Positions 21,829 to 31,700 of a stretch of DNA of 64,000 nucleotides are shown piece by piece. How positions within the stretch are numbered: the stretch's first letter is position 1; each line of letters starts with the position of its first letter. The notes beneath the pieces were generated by a model that did not search any database, was not told the origin of the DNA, and worked only from the letters and a program-made list of their open reading frames with translations. Source of the DNA: Candidatus Poribacteria bacterium (lineage in GTDB: Bacteria; Poribacteria; WGA-4E; WGA-3G). Position numbers and translations under genes: made by a program. Where the stretch lies: positions 2,496,001 through 2,560,000 of the forward strand of contig OZ240248.1 in assembly GCA_965198235.1 (NCBI GenBank), written 5' to 3'.

Positions 21829-22305
21829 ATGCACAGATTTGCGTTCACTTTACATTTCGCGTTTATCACAAGCATTTTGCTGGCAGGATGTACGGCACCG
21901 GCACATTTGAGGCATAGGTCACATCCCTCTACCTCAGAACTCTCGTCGGAAGAGAAAATGCAGCAAACTGTGGACGCATGGAAGGGAACGCACATTTCAA
22001 AGGCTGTTCAGAAATGGGGATCACCGAACGAAGTTAGCGATGACGGGACAGGTTGGCAAATCTACGTTTGGCAAATACCTGTATTAAGGTACTTAGGCAA
22101 TCAGGAGCACAGAATGATACCTCGACCAGGGCAACGGAGACCTTCCAGACAGGACCTTGGCGGTTTGCGGCAGGGGGTGGGTAGGGCATACCTGTCCACA
22201 GGCTACGCATACGAGATTACATTTTATACGCGTCCAAGCGGCATAATTTACAAAACACTTGCAAAAAAGAATCATGATGCCGCAAGTGAACTCTATTGGA
22301 AGTAG
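21829..22305 (+). CDS. Hypothetical lipoprotein
   Basis: LLAGC lipobox; W.G...S..V.KWGSP motif. Confidence 0.65.
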   Translation: MHRFAFTLHFAFITSILLAGCTAPAHLRHRSHPSTSELSSEEKMQQTVDAWKGTHISKAVQKWGSPNEVSDDGTGWQIYVWQIPVLRYLGNQEHRMIPRPGQRRPSRQDLGGLRQGVGRAYLSTGYAYEITFYTRPSGIIYKTLAKKNHDAASELYWK

Positions 22306-22455
22306 GGGGCGAGTTTCCGTAAAAGAACGCAATAAGTCGTCTTGGACTTGAAGAACTCTTGAAAAAGGTATCATTGAGGCAGGCGAAACCTGCATTGGCG
22401 GTAAGTCTCGTATTTGGACCTACATTGAGCCAAAATGAAACGGAGGTAAAAACCA

Positions 22456-23031
22456 ATGTCAAGTAGAACTTATTCTTTGCGCATATGTGTGGCAATCGGA
22501 GTGTGGCTACTCACAGTAGGTTGCGCATCCTTATATCAGTCATTTCCGAGACGGATAGAGGCTACACGCTTGTCCTGCTGGGCATATCCAGAGATCGTTG
22601 ATGGCAATCTTGCTACAACCAATAGCTTGAAAGTAAAGAGTGGGAACAGGGATAGTATCCAATATGGCGATTGGTTGGAAGGGAAAGATAAGGCTGTGGC
22701 ATGGATTCAACTTGACACGCTTACGCCTGTTGCTTACATCAAGGTGCGTCCGGTTTCACGTATTTATCGTCTCTCAGTAGATACAACGACCGCAGAGTTC
22801 GGCATAGATCATGGAAAATCATATCTCTTTGAGCCAGTGAAAAGTCATAAGATCGCTAAATCCGAGGATGGTGCAGTGATACATATTGACATTGACAGAC
22901 CAGTTCGGATACTGCGAGTTTCTATCTATGCCAATCGTGATTTAGCAGGTGCTACACGAGAACCATTGACTCATGAAATGAAAGCTCCCTTCGAGGATAT
23001 TGTGATTCGGGAAATTCAGGTGTATCAGTGA
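22456..23031 (+). CDS. Hypothetical lipoprotein (discoidin/F5/8C-like hints)
   Basis: LTVGC lipobox; IVDGNLAT and IREIQVY; GGAGG RBS. Confidence 0.6.
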   Translation: MSSRTYSLRICVAIGVWLLTVGCASLYQSFPRRIEATRLSCWAYPEIVDGNLATTNSLKVKSGNRDSIQYGDWLEGKDKAVAWIQLDTLTPVAYIKVRPVSRIYRLSVDTTTAEFGIDHGKSYLFEPVKSHKIAKSEDGAVIHIDIDRPVRILRVSIYANRDLAGATREPLTHEMKAPFEDIVIREIQVYQ

Positions 23032-23855
23032 TGAAAATACCCACAATTTCAATTGCATCGCATCGCATCACGCGACTCATTATCGGCGGCAACCCGTATA
23101 GTGGCATCTCACACCGCTCCGTGACGGCATCGGAAGCCATGGAGGATTACTATACAACGCGCCAAATTATGGTAGACCTCCGGCAAGCAGAGGAGAACGG
23201 AATTAACACCGTCCTCGCTCGTGCTGACAGGCATATCATGCGGACCCTCAACGAATACTGGAACGCAGGCGGCACAATTCAGTGGATTGCCCAAACACCA
23301 AAAGATACAGAGTACGCAAACCTCGACGAATACCTACAGATTATCGCACGCTATAAACCGATTGCTATCTACCACCACGGTGGCACAACCGATAAATTGT
23401 ATGCCGAAGGACGACTCGGTTCCTTACGCGATGGGCTCAAACGTATCCGCGACCTCGGTTGTGCAGTCGGAATCGGTACGCATGATCCGCAGGTTCTCAA
23501 GTACTGCTACACTGAAGGATATGATGTTGACTTTTATGTCTGTGCGTTGTATAATCATACAAAACATAGAGAACTCTATCTGCCGAACGATCGGGATGCA
23601 GCATTCGTCGCCATAGAAGCGATACCGCTACCGGTAATTGCCATAAAGGTATTAGCCGCTGGTAGGAACGAGCCACGTGAAGCCTTTCAACTCGCGCTTG
23701 AGAATATCAAACCGACGGATGCCATGGCGGTCGGCATGTACACCCAATTTCAATCAGACCAGATCCACCAGAATGCAGTAACTGTTGCAAAATTATTGTC
23801 TGAATCAGAATTATCAGGATTCGAGGATTTACGGGATTTGAGAAAAGATCGTTAG
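23028..23855 (+). CDS. Aldo/keto reductase-like TIM-barrel protein
   Basis: ITRLIIGGNP, VGIGTH and IAIKVLAAGR. Confidence 0.7.
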   Translation: MMKIPTISIASHRITRLIIGGNPYSGISHRSVTASEAMEDYYTTRQIMVDLRQAEENGINTVLARADRHIMRTLNEYWNAGGTIQWIAQTPKDTEYANLDEYLQIIARYKPIAIYHHGGTTDKLYAEGRLGSLRDGLKRIRDLGCAVGIGTHDPQVLKYCYTEGYDVDFYVCALYNHTKHRELYLPNDRDAAFVAIEAIPLPVIAIKVLAAGRNEPREAFQLALENIKPTDAMAVGMYTQFQSDQIHQNAVTVAKLLSESELSGFEDLRDLRKDR

Positions 23856-23892
23856 TGCTTTGTCAATTTTGAAATTGAAGGGAATTAAGTTC

Positions 23893-23920
23893 GTAGTAGG
23901 GCAATTCATTGCCCTACTAC
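23893..23920. repeat. REP-like palindrome (GTAG type)
   Basis: GTAGTAGGGCAAT-TC-ATTGCCCTACTAC; related copy at about 14700-14722. Confidence 0.65.
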
Positions 23921-23948
23921 AAACACACCCTTGGAAAGACACAACGCA

Positions 23949-24602
23949 ATGAACCGAATTGTAGAACCGGAAGTCATGGATACCGCGGAAGCCGCCGAAG
24001 CCTACGATGCGATGGAGCACGGTGAGGTCGACCGAGCTTTTGTGGACCGTGTTGTCGCTCTCGGTGCGAGCACTGGACATTTTCTTGATGTCGGCACCGG
24101 TCCCGCGCAGATTCCGATCCTACTCGCACAACGTTGTCCGGATATCCATATCACCGCCATCGACTTGTCTGAAGAAATGTTAAAGATAGCGAAACGCCAC
24201 GTCGCAGATGTCGGTCTCACCGATCGGATAACCCTCGAACTCGTCGATGCCAAGACCCTACCCTACCCCGATAACACCTTTGACGGACTCATCTCCAACA
24301 GCATTGTACATCACATCCACGATGCGATGACAGCACTCCAAGAGATGGGCAGAGTTGCGCGTCCCAAAGGAACTGTTCTTATCCGCGACCTCATCCGTCC
24401 TGAAACGCCCGCAGATGCACAAGCCTTTGTTGATCGCTATACTGCAGATGACACCCCTTATCAACAGAAATTGTATTACGACTCCTTCCTTGCCGCGTTC
24501 ACCATTGCCGAAGTCAACGAGATGCTGACACAGATGGACATGCCGGGTGCCGCCGTCGTCCAAAGCACTGACCGGCATTGGTCTATTGAGCGTGCTGTCT
24601 AA
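23949..24602 (+). CDS. Class I SAM-dependent methyltransferase
   Basis: LDVGTGPA, IDLSEEML and FDGLISNSIVHH. Confidence 0.9.
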   Translation: MNRIVEPEVMDTAEAAEAYDAMEHGEVDRAFVDRVVALGASTGHFLDVGTGPAQIPILLAQRCPDIHITAIDLSEEMLKIAKRHVADVGLTDRITLELVDAKTLPYPDNTFDGLISNSIVHHIHDAMTALQEMGRVARPKGTVLIRDLIRPETPADAQAFVDRYTADDTPYQQKLYYDSFLAAFTIAEVNEMLTQMDMPGAAVVQSTDRHWSIERAV

Positions 24603-24665
24603 TCAATCTTCCCGCCAAGACCCCATGCTTCAGCTTGGGGATGTAGGCGGGTTTTCACTTTTCCC

Positions 24666-24694
24666 TTGACATAAGTCGTCAAAAACGTTAGAAT
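24666..24694 (+). promoter_or_regulatory. Near-consensus sigma70 promoter inside the IS derivative
   Basis: TTGACA-17 nt-TAGAAT. Confidence 0.7.
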
Positions 24695-24891
24695 AATCTT
24701 GTAGTGCAAGGTTGCGAGTTAGGCTGCTGTTTGCTACCCCCGTGTGTGACTCGTGTAAAGCTACAGCACAAGACGGAAAAGAAACAGCATGCTGTATGTC
24801 ATATTTGAGTGTAATGGACACAACAGGTCAAAGTGTTGGTCCGATAAAGTTCACTCTCAGAACAAAAAGGCACTTTTTAGTGCGAGGCTCG

Positions 24892-24987
24892 CTTAGTGCG
24901 CCTCTGTGGAGCAGACGTAAGACCTTCCTCGGAAAGCAGACTGCGATGAAGCACAAGCCCCACCCTTTAGGGTGTGGGTGCTATGAC
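24892..24987 (+). ncRNA. Putative omegaRNA (reRNA) scaffold, copy 2
   Basis: Homologous to the sequence 3' of tnpB (36089-36184); terminal hairpin CCCAC.CTTTAG.GTGTGGG. Confidence 0.6.
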
Positions 24988-25048
24988 AATAGTTACAAAT
25001 CCCCAAGATTCAAATCCAAAATTTTGCACTTCCATAGGAGAAATCGCA

Positions 25049-25795
25049 ATGCCCAAAGTTACATTAGTATTGTCACTATGCTTGCTTTTAATTCTTACCA
25101 GCCTCAGCATCGCCAACGTTGCAGAAGACGGACTCGTCGCTTATTGGCCCTTTGATGAAGGCAAGGGTAAAGAAGCCATAGATCTCACAGGCAACGGACA
25201 CGACGGAGAGTTTAACGGTAAGCCGAAATGGGTTGAGGGAAAGTTCGGGACCGGGCTTGAATTTGACGGTGTGCAGGACCATGTCGTTGTCGCAGACGAT
25301 CCTGCCTTCGCAATCGAGGAAAATATTACCCTCATGGCGTGGTTCAGCCCAAACGATTCACTCACCGGTCACCGCTTAATGAGTAAAAATAACTCCATCT
25401 TCGTCATCTTTGACTTCGGTAATGCAGACAGCATCGATTTTCTTGTCAAACCGAACAATACTTTCGCTCAATCCACAACGACCGATTGGAAAGTCGGTGA
25501 ATGGTATCACTTCGCAGGCACCTTTGATGGAAAAACAATGAAGGTTTACATAAACGGCAAACTCGAAGGTGACGCTGCCAACAATGTACCGATTGCTCCT
25601 TCCCCTTTAGAACTCTGGATTGGTGGCGATGATCTCGGCAACGCCACCGACCACTTCCCCGGCAAAATTGATGAAGTGCGACTCTATGAGAAAACCTTAA
25701 GCGAAGCCGACATCCAAAAGGTCATGGAGACACCGCAGGATGTAGAAGCGCGTGGGAAACTCACCACAACATGGGGGAAAATAAAAGGTCTTTAA
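25049..25795 (+). CDS. Secreted LamG-like jellyroll protein
   Basis: GLVAYWPFDEG, GKFGTGLEFDG, WYHFAGTFDG, IDEVRLY; tail GKLTTTWGKIK. Confidence 0.88.
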   Translation: MPKVTLVLSLCLLLILTSLSIANVAEDGLVAYWPFDEGKGKEAIDLTGNGHDGEFNGKPKWVEGKFGTGLEFDGVQDHVVVADDPAFAIEENITLMAWFSPNDSLTGHRLMSKNNSIFVIFDFGNADSIDFLVKPNNTFAQSTTTDWKVGEWYHFAGTFDGKTMKVYINGKLEGDAANNVPIAPSPLELWIGGDDLGNATDHFPGKIDEVRLYEKTLSEADIQKVMETPQDVEARGKLTTTWGKIKGL

Positions 25796-25806
25796 AAGGA
25801 ATTTAC

Positions 25807-27426
25807 ATGGCGACCCAGCAGAAACGCCCCGTCGTTCTCATCATTCGAGACGGTTGGGGCAATAATCCGTATCCCGAATTTCAGCACGCGAACGCCGTTC
25901 ATCTCGCAAAAACACCCGTAGATGACTGGCTACGACAAAACTATCCGAACGTCCAAATCCATACCTCTGGCGAAAATGTCGGTTTACCCCCTGGTGTCAT
26001 TGGCAACAGTGAAGTCGGGCATCAGAACATTGGGGCAGGACGCATCGTGAATCAAGAACTCCTCCGTATCAGCACCATGATCCGCTCCGGCGAGTTTACT
26101 CAGAATAAGGTGCTTTTAGACGCAATTGCCCATGTCAAAAAGCACGGAACACATCTCCATCTCATGGGGTTAGCAAGCGACGCTGGCGTTCACAGTTCAC
26201 TTGAACATTTATATGCACTACTCACACTCGCCAAGACGAACGGACTCAAGGCTAATCAGGTCTTGATTCACAATTTCAGTGATGGACGGGATTGTCAACC
26301 CGACCTCGGTATCCAGTTCTGTGAGCAGATTGAAGCGAAATTGAAAGAGATCGGCATCGGACAAATTGCCTCGGTTGTTGGTCGCTATTATGCAATGGAC
26401 CGGGATGACCGGTGGGAGCGCGTTGAGGTGGCGTATCGTCTCTTGACCGAAGGTGTCGGCGACCGCGTCGCTACCGCCACAGATGCCTATCGTGACTATT
26501 ACGAGAACCCCGATGACACCAACCGTAAAGGCGATGAATTCGTCCGTCCGTCTGTAGTTGTTGACAGCGACGGTGAACCGCTGCCTCGCATCGCCGACGG
26601 AGATGCCGTCGTTTTCTATAACTTCCGGGGTGATCGCCCCAGAGAACTCACCAAAGCGTTTTGTCTTGATGAATTCCCGTTTCAAGGGGAAGGGAAAGAT
26701 GGTGTCACTCGACAGATGGGCTTTAAACGGAATTGCAAACCGAGCGTTAAGTTTGTTACAATGACCGAGTACGAGCAGGGAATGCCCGTTGAAGCGGCTG
26801 TCAAAAAACCACCCAAAATGCAGAATACACTCGGTACCTACGTCAGCCAAGCAGGATTAACGCAATTCCGATGCGCAGAGACCGAGAAATTTCCACACGT
26901 TACCTTCTTTTTCAACGACTACCGAGATGAACCATACAAAGGCGAAGATCGGCAGATCATCGCCTCCCCACGTGACGTGACTACCTACGACCAAAAACCA
27001 GAGATGTCAGCACCGGGCGTGACGGCGGAAATGTTGCGCCGAATCGGCTCCGATAAATATGACTTGATCGTGCTCAACTACGCCAATGGTGACATGGTTG
27101 GGCATACCGGTTCGCTTTCAGCTGCTATTAAGGCAGTTGAGGCAGTTGATACAGGGGTCGGAAAGATCGTCGATGCCGTGCTTAAGAAGGACGGCGCGCT
27201 CATCGTCACCGCAGACCACGGTAACTGTGAGCAGATGATTGATCCAGGAACCGGCGGTATCCACACCTCACATACCACGTATGACGTAGATCTTATCGTT
27301 GTTGATAACCAACGCAAGGAACAACAACTCCGTGAAGGCGGGCGGCTTGCCGACATTGCACCCACAACACTCCGCCTTCTCGGTTTGGCGCAACCCACTG
27401 AAATGACAGGTGAATCACTAATCTAA
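25807..27426 (+). CDS. gpmI: 2,3-bisphosphoglycerate-independent phosphoglycerate mutase
   Basis: DGWG, GNSEVGH, GRYYAMDRD, AETEK and TADHGN. Confidence 0.97.
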   Translation: MATQQKRPVVLIIRDGWGNNPYPEFQHANAVHLAKTPVDDWLRQNYPNVQIHTSGENVGLPPGVIGNSEVGHQNIGAGRIVNQELLRISTMIRSGEFTQNKVLLDAIAHVKKHGTHLHLMGLASDAGVHSSLEHLYALLTLAKTNGLKANQVLIHNFSDGRDCQPDLGIQFCEQIEAKLKEIGIGQIASVVGRYYAMDRDDRWERVEVAYRLLTEGVGDRVATATDAYRDYYENPDDTNRKGDEFVRPSVVVDSDGEPLPRIADGDAVVFYNFRGDRPRELTKAFCLDEFPFQGEGKDGVTRQMGFKRNCKPSVKFVTMTEYEQGMPVEAAVKKPPKMQNTLGTYVSQAGLTQFRCAETEKFPHVTFFFNDYRDEPYKGEDRQIIASPRDVTTYDQKPEMSAPGVTAEMLRRIGSDKYDLIVLNYANGDMVGHTGSLSAAIKAVEAVDTGVGKIVDAVLKKDGALIVTADHGNCEQMIDPGTGGIHTSHTTYDVDLIVVDNQRKEQQLREGGRLADIAPTTLRLLGLAQPTEMTGESLI

Positions 27427-27457
27427 TTTATTCCTATGAAACTAAGGAGGTTTTGGC

Positions 27458-28453
27458 ATGTCCACACCGATTGACCAACAAGTTAGCAGGGATTTCAGGC
27501 TATTCGCTGGGAGCGCGAACCCGGCATTGGCGAAGGAAATCGCTGCAATTTTAGGCGTTGAACTCGGTAAAATTACAATCGGTCCGTTTCCGAACGATGA
27601 GACTCGCGTCCAGATTGAGGAAAGTATCCGAGGTACGGATATTTATGTTGTGCAGCCAACAAGTCAACCTGCCAATGAAAACCTGATGGAGTTGCTCATC
27701 ACGATTGATGCGATGAAACGTGCGTCAGCCCGGCAGATTACCGCAATTATTCCGTATTTTGGGTATTCCCGCCAAGATCATAAAACAACAGGACGCGAAC
27801 CAATCAGTGCCAAGCTTGTAGCCAATCTATTGACGACAGCAGGTGCGAGTCGGGTCATGGCTCTGGACCTACATGTGCCACAGATACAGGGCTTCTTCGA
27901 TATCCCTATGGATCACCTGACTGCCGTGACGACTTTGGTAAATTACTTCCGCGAGAAGCAGGTCGAAAATGGCGTAATTGTTGCCCCCGACGCGGGCCGC
28001 GCTAAGTTAGCAGAGAAATACGCCGATATGCTTGGGCTTCCGTTAGCCATCATGCACAAACGACGAACCGGTATTGATGGGCAGAGCGTTAAATTCGTCG
28101 AACTTGTTGGGGATGTCAAAGGGAAAACCCCAATTATCACCGACGATGAAATACAAACGGGCGGAACTATTCGCCAACAAGCCATGGCGTTGGCAGAGGC
28201 TGGTGCAGAGCCTGCTTATGTGAGTATCGCACACCCGATATTGGTTGGTCCGGCGTTGGAACGCCTCGATCACTCGTCAATTCGTGAGGTGGTCACCACC
28301 AATACGATCCCTGTTCCTGCTGAAAAGCAGTTGGATGGGAAAGTTAAGGTGCTTTCTATCGCGCCACTCCTCTCGCAAGCCATATTGAGAGTACATCAAC
28401 ATCGATCAGTGAGTCAGGTTTTCCGGGATCAGCACCTTGATTTCCCCGTCTAA
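27458..28453 (+). CDS. prs: Ribose-phosphate pyrophosphokinase
   Basis: PYFGYSRQD, DLHVPQIQGFF, APDAG and DDEIQTGGT. Confidence 0.96.
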   Translation: MSTPIDQQVSRDFRLFAGSANPALAKEIAAILGVELGKITIGPFPNDETRVQIEESIRGTDIYVVQPTSQPANENLMELLITIDAMKRASARQITAIIPYFGYSRQDHKTTGREPISAKLVANLLTTAGASRVMALDLHVPQIQGFFDIPMDHLTAVTTLVNYFREKQVENGVIVAPDAGRAKLAEKYADMLGLPLAIMHKRRTGIDGQSVKFVELVGDVKGKTPIITDDEIQTGGTIRQQAMALAEAGAEPAYVSIAHPILVGPALERLDHSSIREVVTTNTIPVPAEKQLDGKVKVLSIAPLLSQAILRVHQHRSVSQVFRDQHLDFPV

Positions 28454-28511
28454 TTTGTAGGTTACCCAACTCGCCGCTGAGAACTGACTCACGTGATGGA
28501 CAGGCGGGCAC

Positions 28512-29612
28512 ATGGACAAAAAACCGATACTTTACCTCAGCCATTGCGGTTCGAGCATCGGTGGCGGTGAAAAGCAACTCGCTTATCTCGTCACAAATAT
28601 CGACCGAGAGTGCTATCATCCGCTCGTCGTTTGTCCTGATGATGGTGTTTTCGCGGAGCACTTGCGGTATGCCGATATTCCAACAGTCATTCTGGATCTT
28701 CCGCCGTGGCGAAAAACGAAATCATTGGTAGCGAGGTACAGTGCCGCCAGAAAATTAGTTTCACTTGCCAAGGTGCACGACGCTCACCTCGTCCATACCT
28801 CGGATTCGTGGTTTAACCCGTATCTGTGGTCCGTTAAAAAACAGTTGAAAATCCCTGTTGTTTCACATGTCCGGAATCTCCTCACGCCGACTCAGGTGCG
28901 AAAATACAGATTCGATCGGATGGACAGTATTATCGCTATCTCGGAGCAGAGCAGTGTTCCATTGATTCAAGCAGGGATTGATGCTCAAAAGATTGATGTT
29001 GTCCACAATTGTGTTGATTTATCGGTTTTTCAACCGGCTTCTGAACCCGTCCACTCGGCGGAATATGTCGTCGGTATCGTAGGTAGAATTGAACCCTTCA
29101 AACGTCAGAAAACGTTTGTTGAGATAGCCGCTAAGGTCGCGGCACAGTACAAGGAGATTAGGTTTCTTATTATCGGCGGCGCGCTGGGGACACCGGAGCA
29201 TCGCACCTACGAACGGGAAGTCCATCAGTTGGTGACCAAGCATGGGTTGCAGGAATTTGTTTACTTCACAGGCCACCGCACCGATATGCCCAAGGCGATG
29301 CAGGAACTTGATCTACTCGTAACCCTTTCAGCGGGGAGTGTTATCGCCGAGGCGATGGCGGCAGGTAAGCCCGTCATCGGCACTCCAGTTGGCAGTACCG
29401 CTGAAATGATTACTCATGGTGAAACAGGATACATTGTGCCCTTAGACCCGATAGAAGAAATCGCAGATAAGATTGTTGAACTTGCTAAAGATCCGGACCG
29501 AAGCGGACGTATGGGGCAAAGGGCAAGAAAATACGCCGAGGAAGTCTTTGGCGTTGAAATGCATGTCCAGAAGGTACAGAGCATTTATGAGAAATTGTTA
29601 AACATGGGTTGA
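28512..29612 (+). CDS. Glycosyltransferase family 4
   Basis: GGGEKQ, VGRIEPFK and EAMAAGKPVI. Confidence 0.9.
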   Translation: MDKKPILYLSHCGSSIGGGEKQLAYLVTNIDRECYHPLVVCPDDGVFAEHLRYADIPTVILDLPPWRKTKSLVARYSAARKLVSLAKVHDAHLVHTSDSWFNPYLWSVKKQLKIPVVSHVRNLLTPTQVRKYRFDRMDSIIAISEQSSVPLIQAGIDAQKIDVVHNCVDLSVFQPASEPVHSAEYVVGIVGRIEPFKRQKTFVEIAAKVAAQYKEIRFLIIGGALGTPEHRTYEREVHQLVTKHGLQEFVYFTGHRTDMPKAMQELDLLVTLSAGSVIAEAMAAGKPVIGTPVGSTAEMITHGETGYIVPLDPIEEIADKIVELAKDPDRSGRMGQRARKYAEEVFGVEMHVQKVQSIYEKLLNMG

Positions 29613-29675
29613 AATTATTAAGGAATTTGATGTATAATAGAAGCATCATTTCGCTAAGAGGAGTGTAACAGAACA

Positions 29676-30539
29676 ATGCTCACGCAAGAACAACGTGATT
29701 TTTATGGCGAAAACGGCTATATCGGCGTTGAGGCGGTATTAACAGCAGAGGAGGTCGCGGATCTCCAACGCGTCACCGGTGAATTCGTCGAAAAATCGAG
29801 AGAGGTCACCGAACATACCGACATCTTCGATCTGGAACCCGGGCATACACCTGCCAACCCGCGTGTGCGGCGTATCAAAAATCCGGGGCTACACCACATC
29901 GTTTACGATTACACCTTACGGCACCCCAAGATTTTGGATATCGTAGAGCAACTCATCGGGTCGGGGGTTCGGTATAATGGACATAAATTGAACATGAAGT
30001 ATCCGGAGTTTGGAAGTCCGGTGGAATGGCATCAGGACTGGGCATTCTATCCGCACACCAACGACGATCTACTTGCAGTCGGTGTCGTGATTGATGACAT
30101 GACTGTAGAGAACGGCGCATTGATGATACTTCCCGGCTCCCACAAGGGACCGACTTTGGATCATCACCAGGATGGAGCTTTTATTGGGGCAGTTACCGAC
30201 CCCGATTTCACATCAGAAGGTGCTGTGCCTGTTGAGTTGAAGGCGGGTGGAATCACAATCCATCACGTTCGGGCGTTGCACGGCTCTGCCCCGAACACCT
30301 CAGACAAACCGCGCCGCTTAATGCTTGCCCAGTACTGTGCTGTAGACGCATGGCCCCTGAAGGGTATTCCAGATTGGGAGACTTTCAACGGATTCATCAT
30401 CCGCGGCGAACCGACGAATCAACCTCGTATGGCAGCTGCACCCGTGCGTATGCCGGAACCTTACGCAGAACTAAAAGGTTCGATCTACGAAGTACAATCT
30501 CTACTTGACGATCCGCTTTATGCTAACAAGGGACAGTAG
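29676..30539 (+). CDS. Phytanoyl-CoA dioxygenase (PhyH) family protein
   Basis: WHQD, PGSH and HGSAPN. Confidence 0.9.
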   Translation: MLTQEQRDFYGENGYIGVEAVLTAEEVADLQRVTGEFVEKSREVTEHTDIFDLEPGHTPANPRVRRIKNPGLHHIVYDYTLRHPKILDIVEQLIGSGVRYNGHKLNMKYPEFGSPVEWHQDWAFYPHTNDDLLAVGVVIDDMTVENGALMILPGSHKGPTLDHHQDGAFIGAVTDPDFTSEGAVPVELKAGGITIHHVRALHGSAPNTSDKPRRLMLAQYCAVDAWPLKGIPDWETFNGFIIRGEPTNQPRMAAAPVRMPEPYAELKGSIYEVQSLLDDPLYANKGQ

Positions 30540-30572
30540 GTTAGAAATCGAATAATTTCTGGACAAAATAGA

Positions 30573-30599
30573 AAGTGCGAGGCACAGAGACCTCGCACT
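30573..30599. terminator. Probable bidirectional terminator between convergent genes
   Basis: AGTGCGAGG-N8-CCTCGCACT. Confidence 0.5.
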
Positions 30600-30664
30600 A
30601 ACACACAGATTTGAGTCTTTTAATAAAATAGAAGGCGAGTCAATCTCGCCCTGCCGACTCAGGT

Positions 30665-31039
30665 TTAGTTGGCAATTTGCGCGCTAAAAGGGCCTGCATC
30701 TGTAACTGCCTTCACGAGCGCGTCGTTCTCAACCTTGTCTTTCTCAACTTTCACCACAGCTTTATTTTCTTCCATAGAAACACTGACAACCTCAGAGACA
30801 CCGGTAACCTTTGTAAGTGCATCCTGCACCGCACTGGTACACGCGCCTCACGTCATACCGGTCACAGCCAGTGTCACTTCTTCGACTGTTGCTTCTACCG
30901 TTTGCGCTGGTGCTGCTTCTTCTACCGTTTGCGCTGGTGCTGCTTCTTCTGCCTCTTTCTTTGATGTGTCTGCACACGCGAACACAAACAGCAGTGCTGC
31001 AAAGCAGACAAATAGCATACTCGCGTTTAACTGACGCAT
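30665..31039 (-). CDS. Heavy-metal-associated (HMA/CopZ-like) lipoprotein, predicted selenoprotein (GMT-U-GAC)
   Basis: In-frame TGA at 30848-30850 replaces the first Cys of GMTCxxC; frame continues GACTSAVQDALTKVTGV...FSAQIAN*; lipobox VFAC; SECIS-like hairpin. Confidence 0.88.
30812..30850 (-). promoter_or_regulatory. Bacterial SECIS-like element
   Basis: GGTGCA-GGA-TGCACT hairpin, loop 23 nt after UGA; identical in the paralog. Confidence 0.7.
30893..30950. repeat. 27-nt tandem duplication encoding EEAAPAQTV x2
   Basis: TCTACCGTTTGCGCTGGTGCTGCTTCT repeated. Confidence 0.8.
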
Positions 31040-31194
31040 AAGTTTAATCCCCTTATTTGTAGGGACGATCTCTCGATCGCGCCTCTTCGACTTTAGTTCT
31101 AATGGTTGAAACATTATCTGATTAGGCTGCAAGAGCGTTGCAACCCGTCCATATAAAAAGAAAGGGTGGGTAAACCCACCCCTCCGATTCAGCC

Positions 31195-31590
31195 TTATTG
31201 GGCGACTTCGGCACTAAAGCCCGCGCCTTCAACTGCAGCAGTGAGATCGGCAGTCGCAACTTTACCCTTCTCAATTTTCACCACAGCTGTGTTATTCGCG
31301 TCAGAGACGCTCACCACTTCAGAGACACCGGTGACTTTACTGAGTGCATCCTGCACCGCACTGGTACACGCGCCTCACGTCATACCTGTAACATTCAGTG
31401 TTATCTCTTCAATGGCGGCTTCCTCCATGGCTTCTGCCGTGTCTTCCTTCATGTCTTCCTTCATGTCGGATTCCATTGCGGTTTCCTCTACCGTGGATTC
31501 AGACATCTCTGCCTGTTTCCCGATCATACCACAACCTACCATGAATGCAAAGGCGACAAGACAAATTAGCGATAATCTTACAATATGCAT
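31195..31590 (-). CDS. HMA lipoprotein, predicted selenoprotein (GMT-U-GAC), with Met-rich linker
   Basis: In-frame TGA at 31375-31377; continues GACTSAVQDALSKVTGV...GFSAEVAQ*; lipobox MVGC; GGAGG RBS. Confidence 0.88.
31339..31377 (-). promoter_or_regulatory. Bacterial SECIS-like element
   Basis: Same 44-nt block as around 30816-30859. Confidence 0.7.
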
Positions 31591-31700
31591 GGGTTAACCT
31601 CCTTGAATAATTATTTATCTATAACATTCTAACGGATATTCGTTTTCTTGGCAACATATTTTTTTTGCGAATTCAAAATTACCCACCGAATATGCAAAAT

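Larger units (their letters stand above)
24603..24987 (+). mobile_element. Non-autonomous IS200/IS605 derivative (internally deleted tnpB element; coordinates include the TCAAT target)
   Basis: Left end TCAAT|CTTCCCGCCAAGACCCCATGCTT and right end ...GTGTGGGTGCTATGAC nearly identical to 34801-36184; internal ACAACAGGTCAAAGTGTTGG matches tnpB at about 35540. Confidence 0.88.

Noticed and set aside
24712-25155. 147-aa ORF inside the IS derivative
   Set aside because: Crosses the omegaRNA scaffold and the LamG start; only the TTGQSVG remnant resembles TnpB.
30669-31597. Plus-strand ORFs 30669-31034 and 31166-31597
   Set aside because: They are antisense to the HMA selenoprotein genes.
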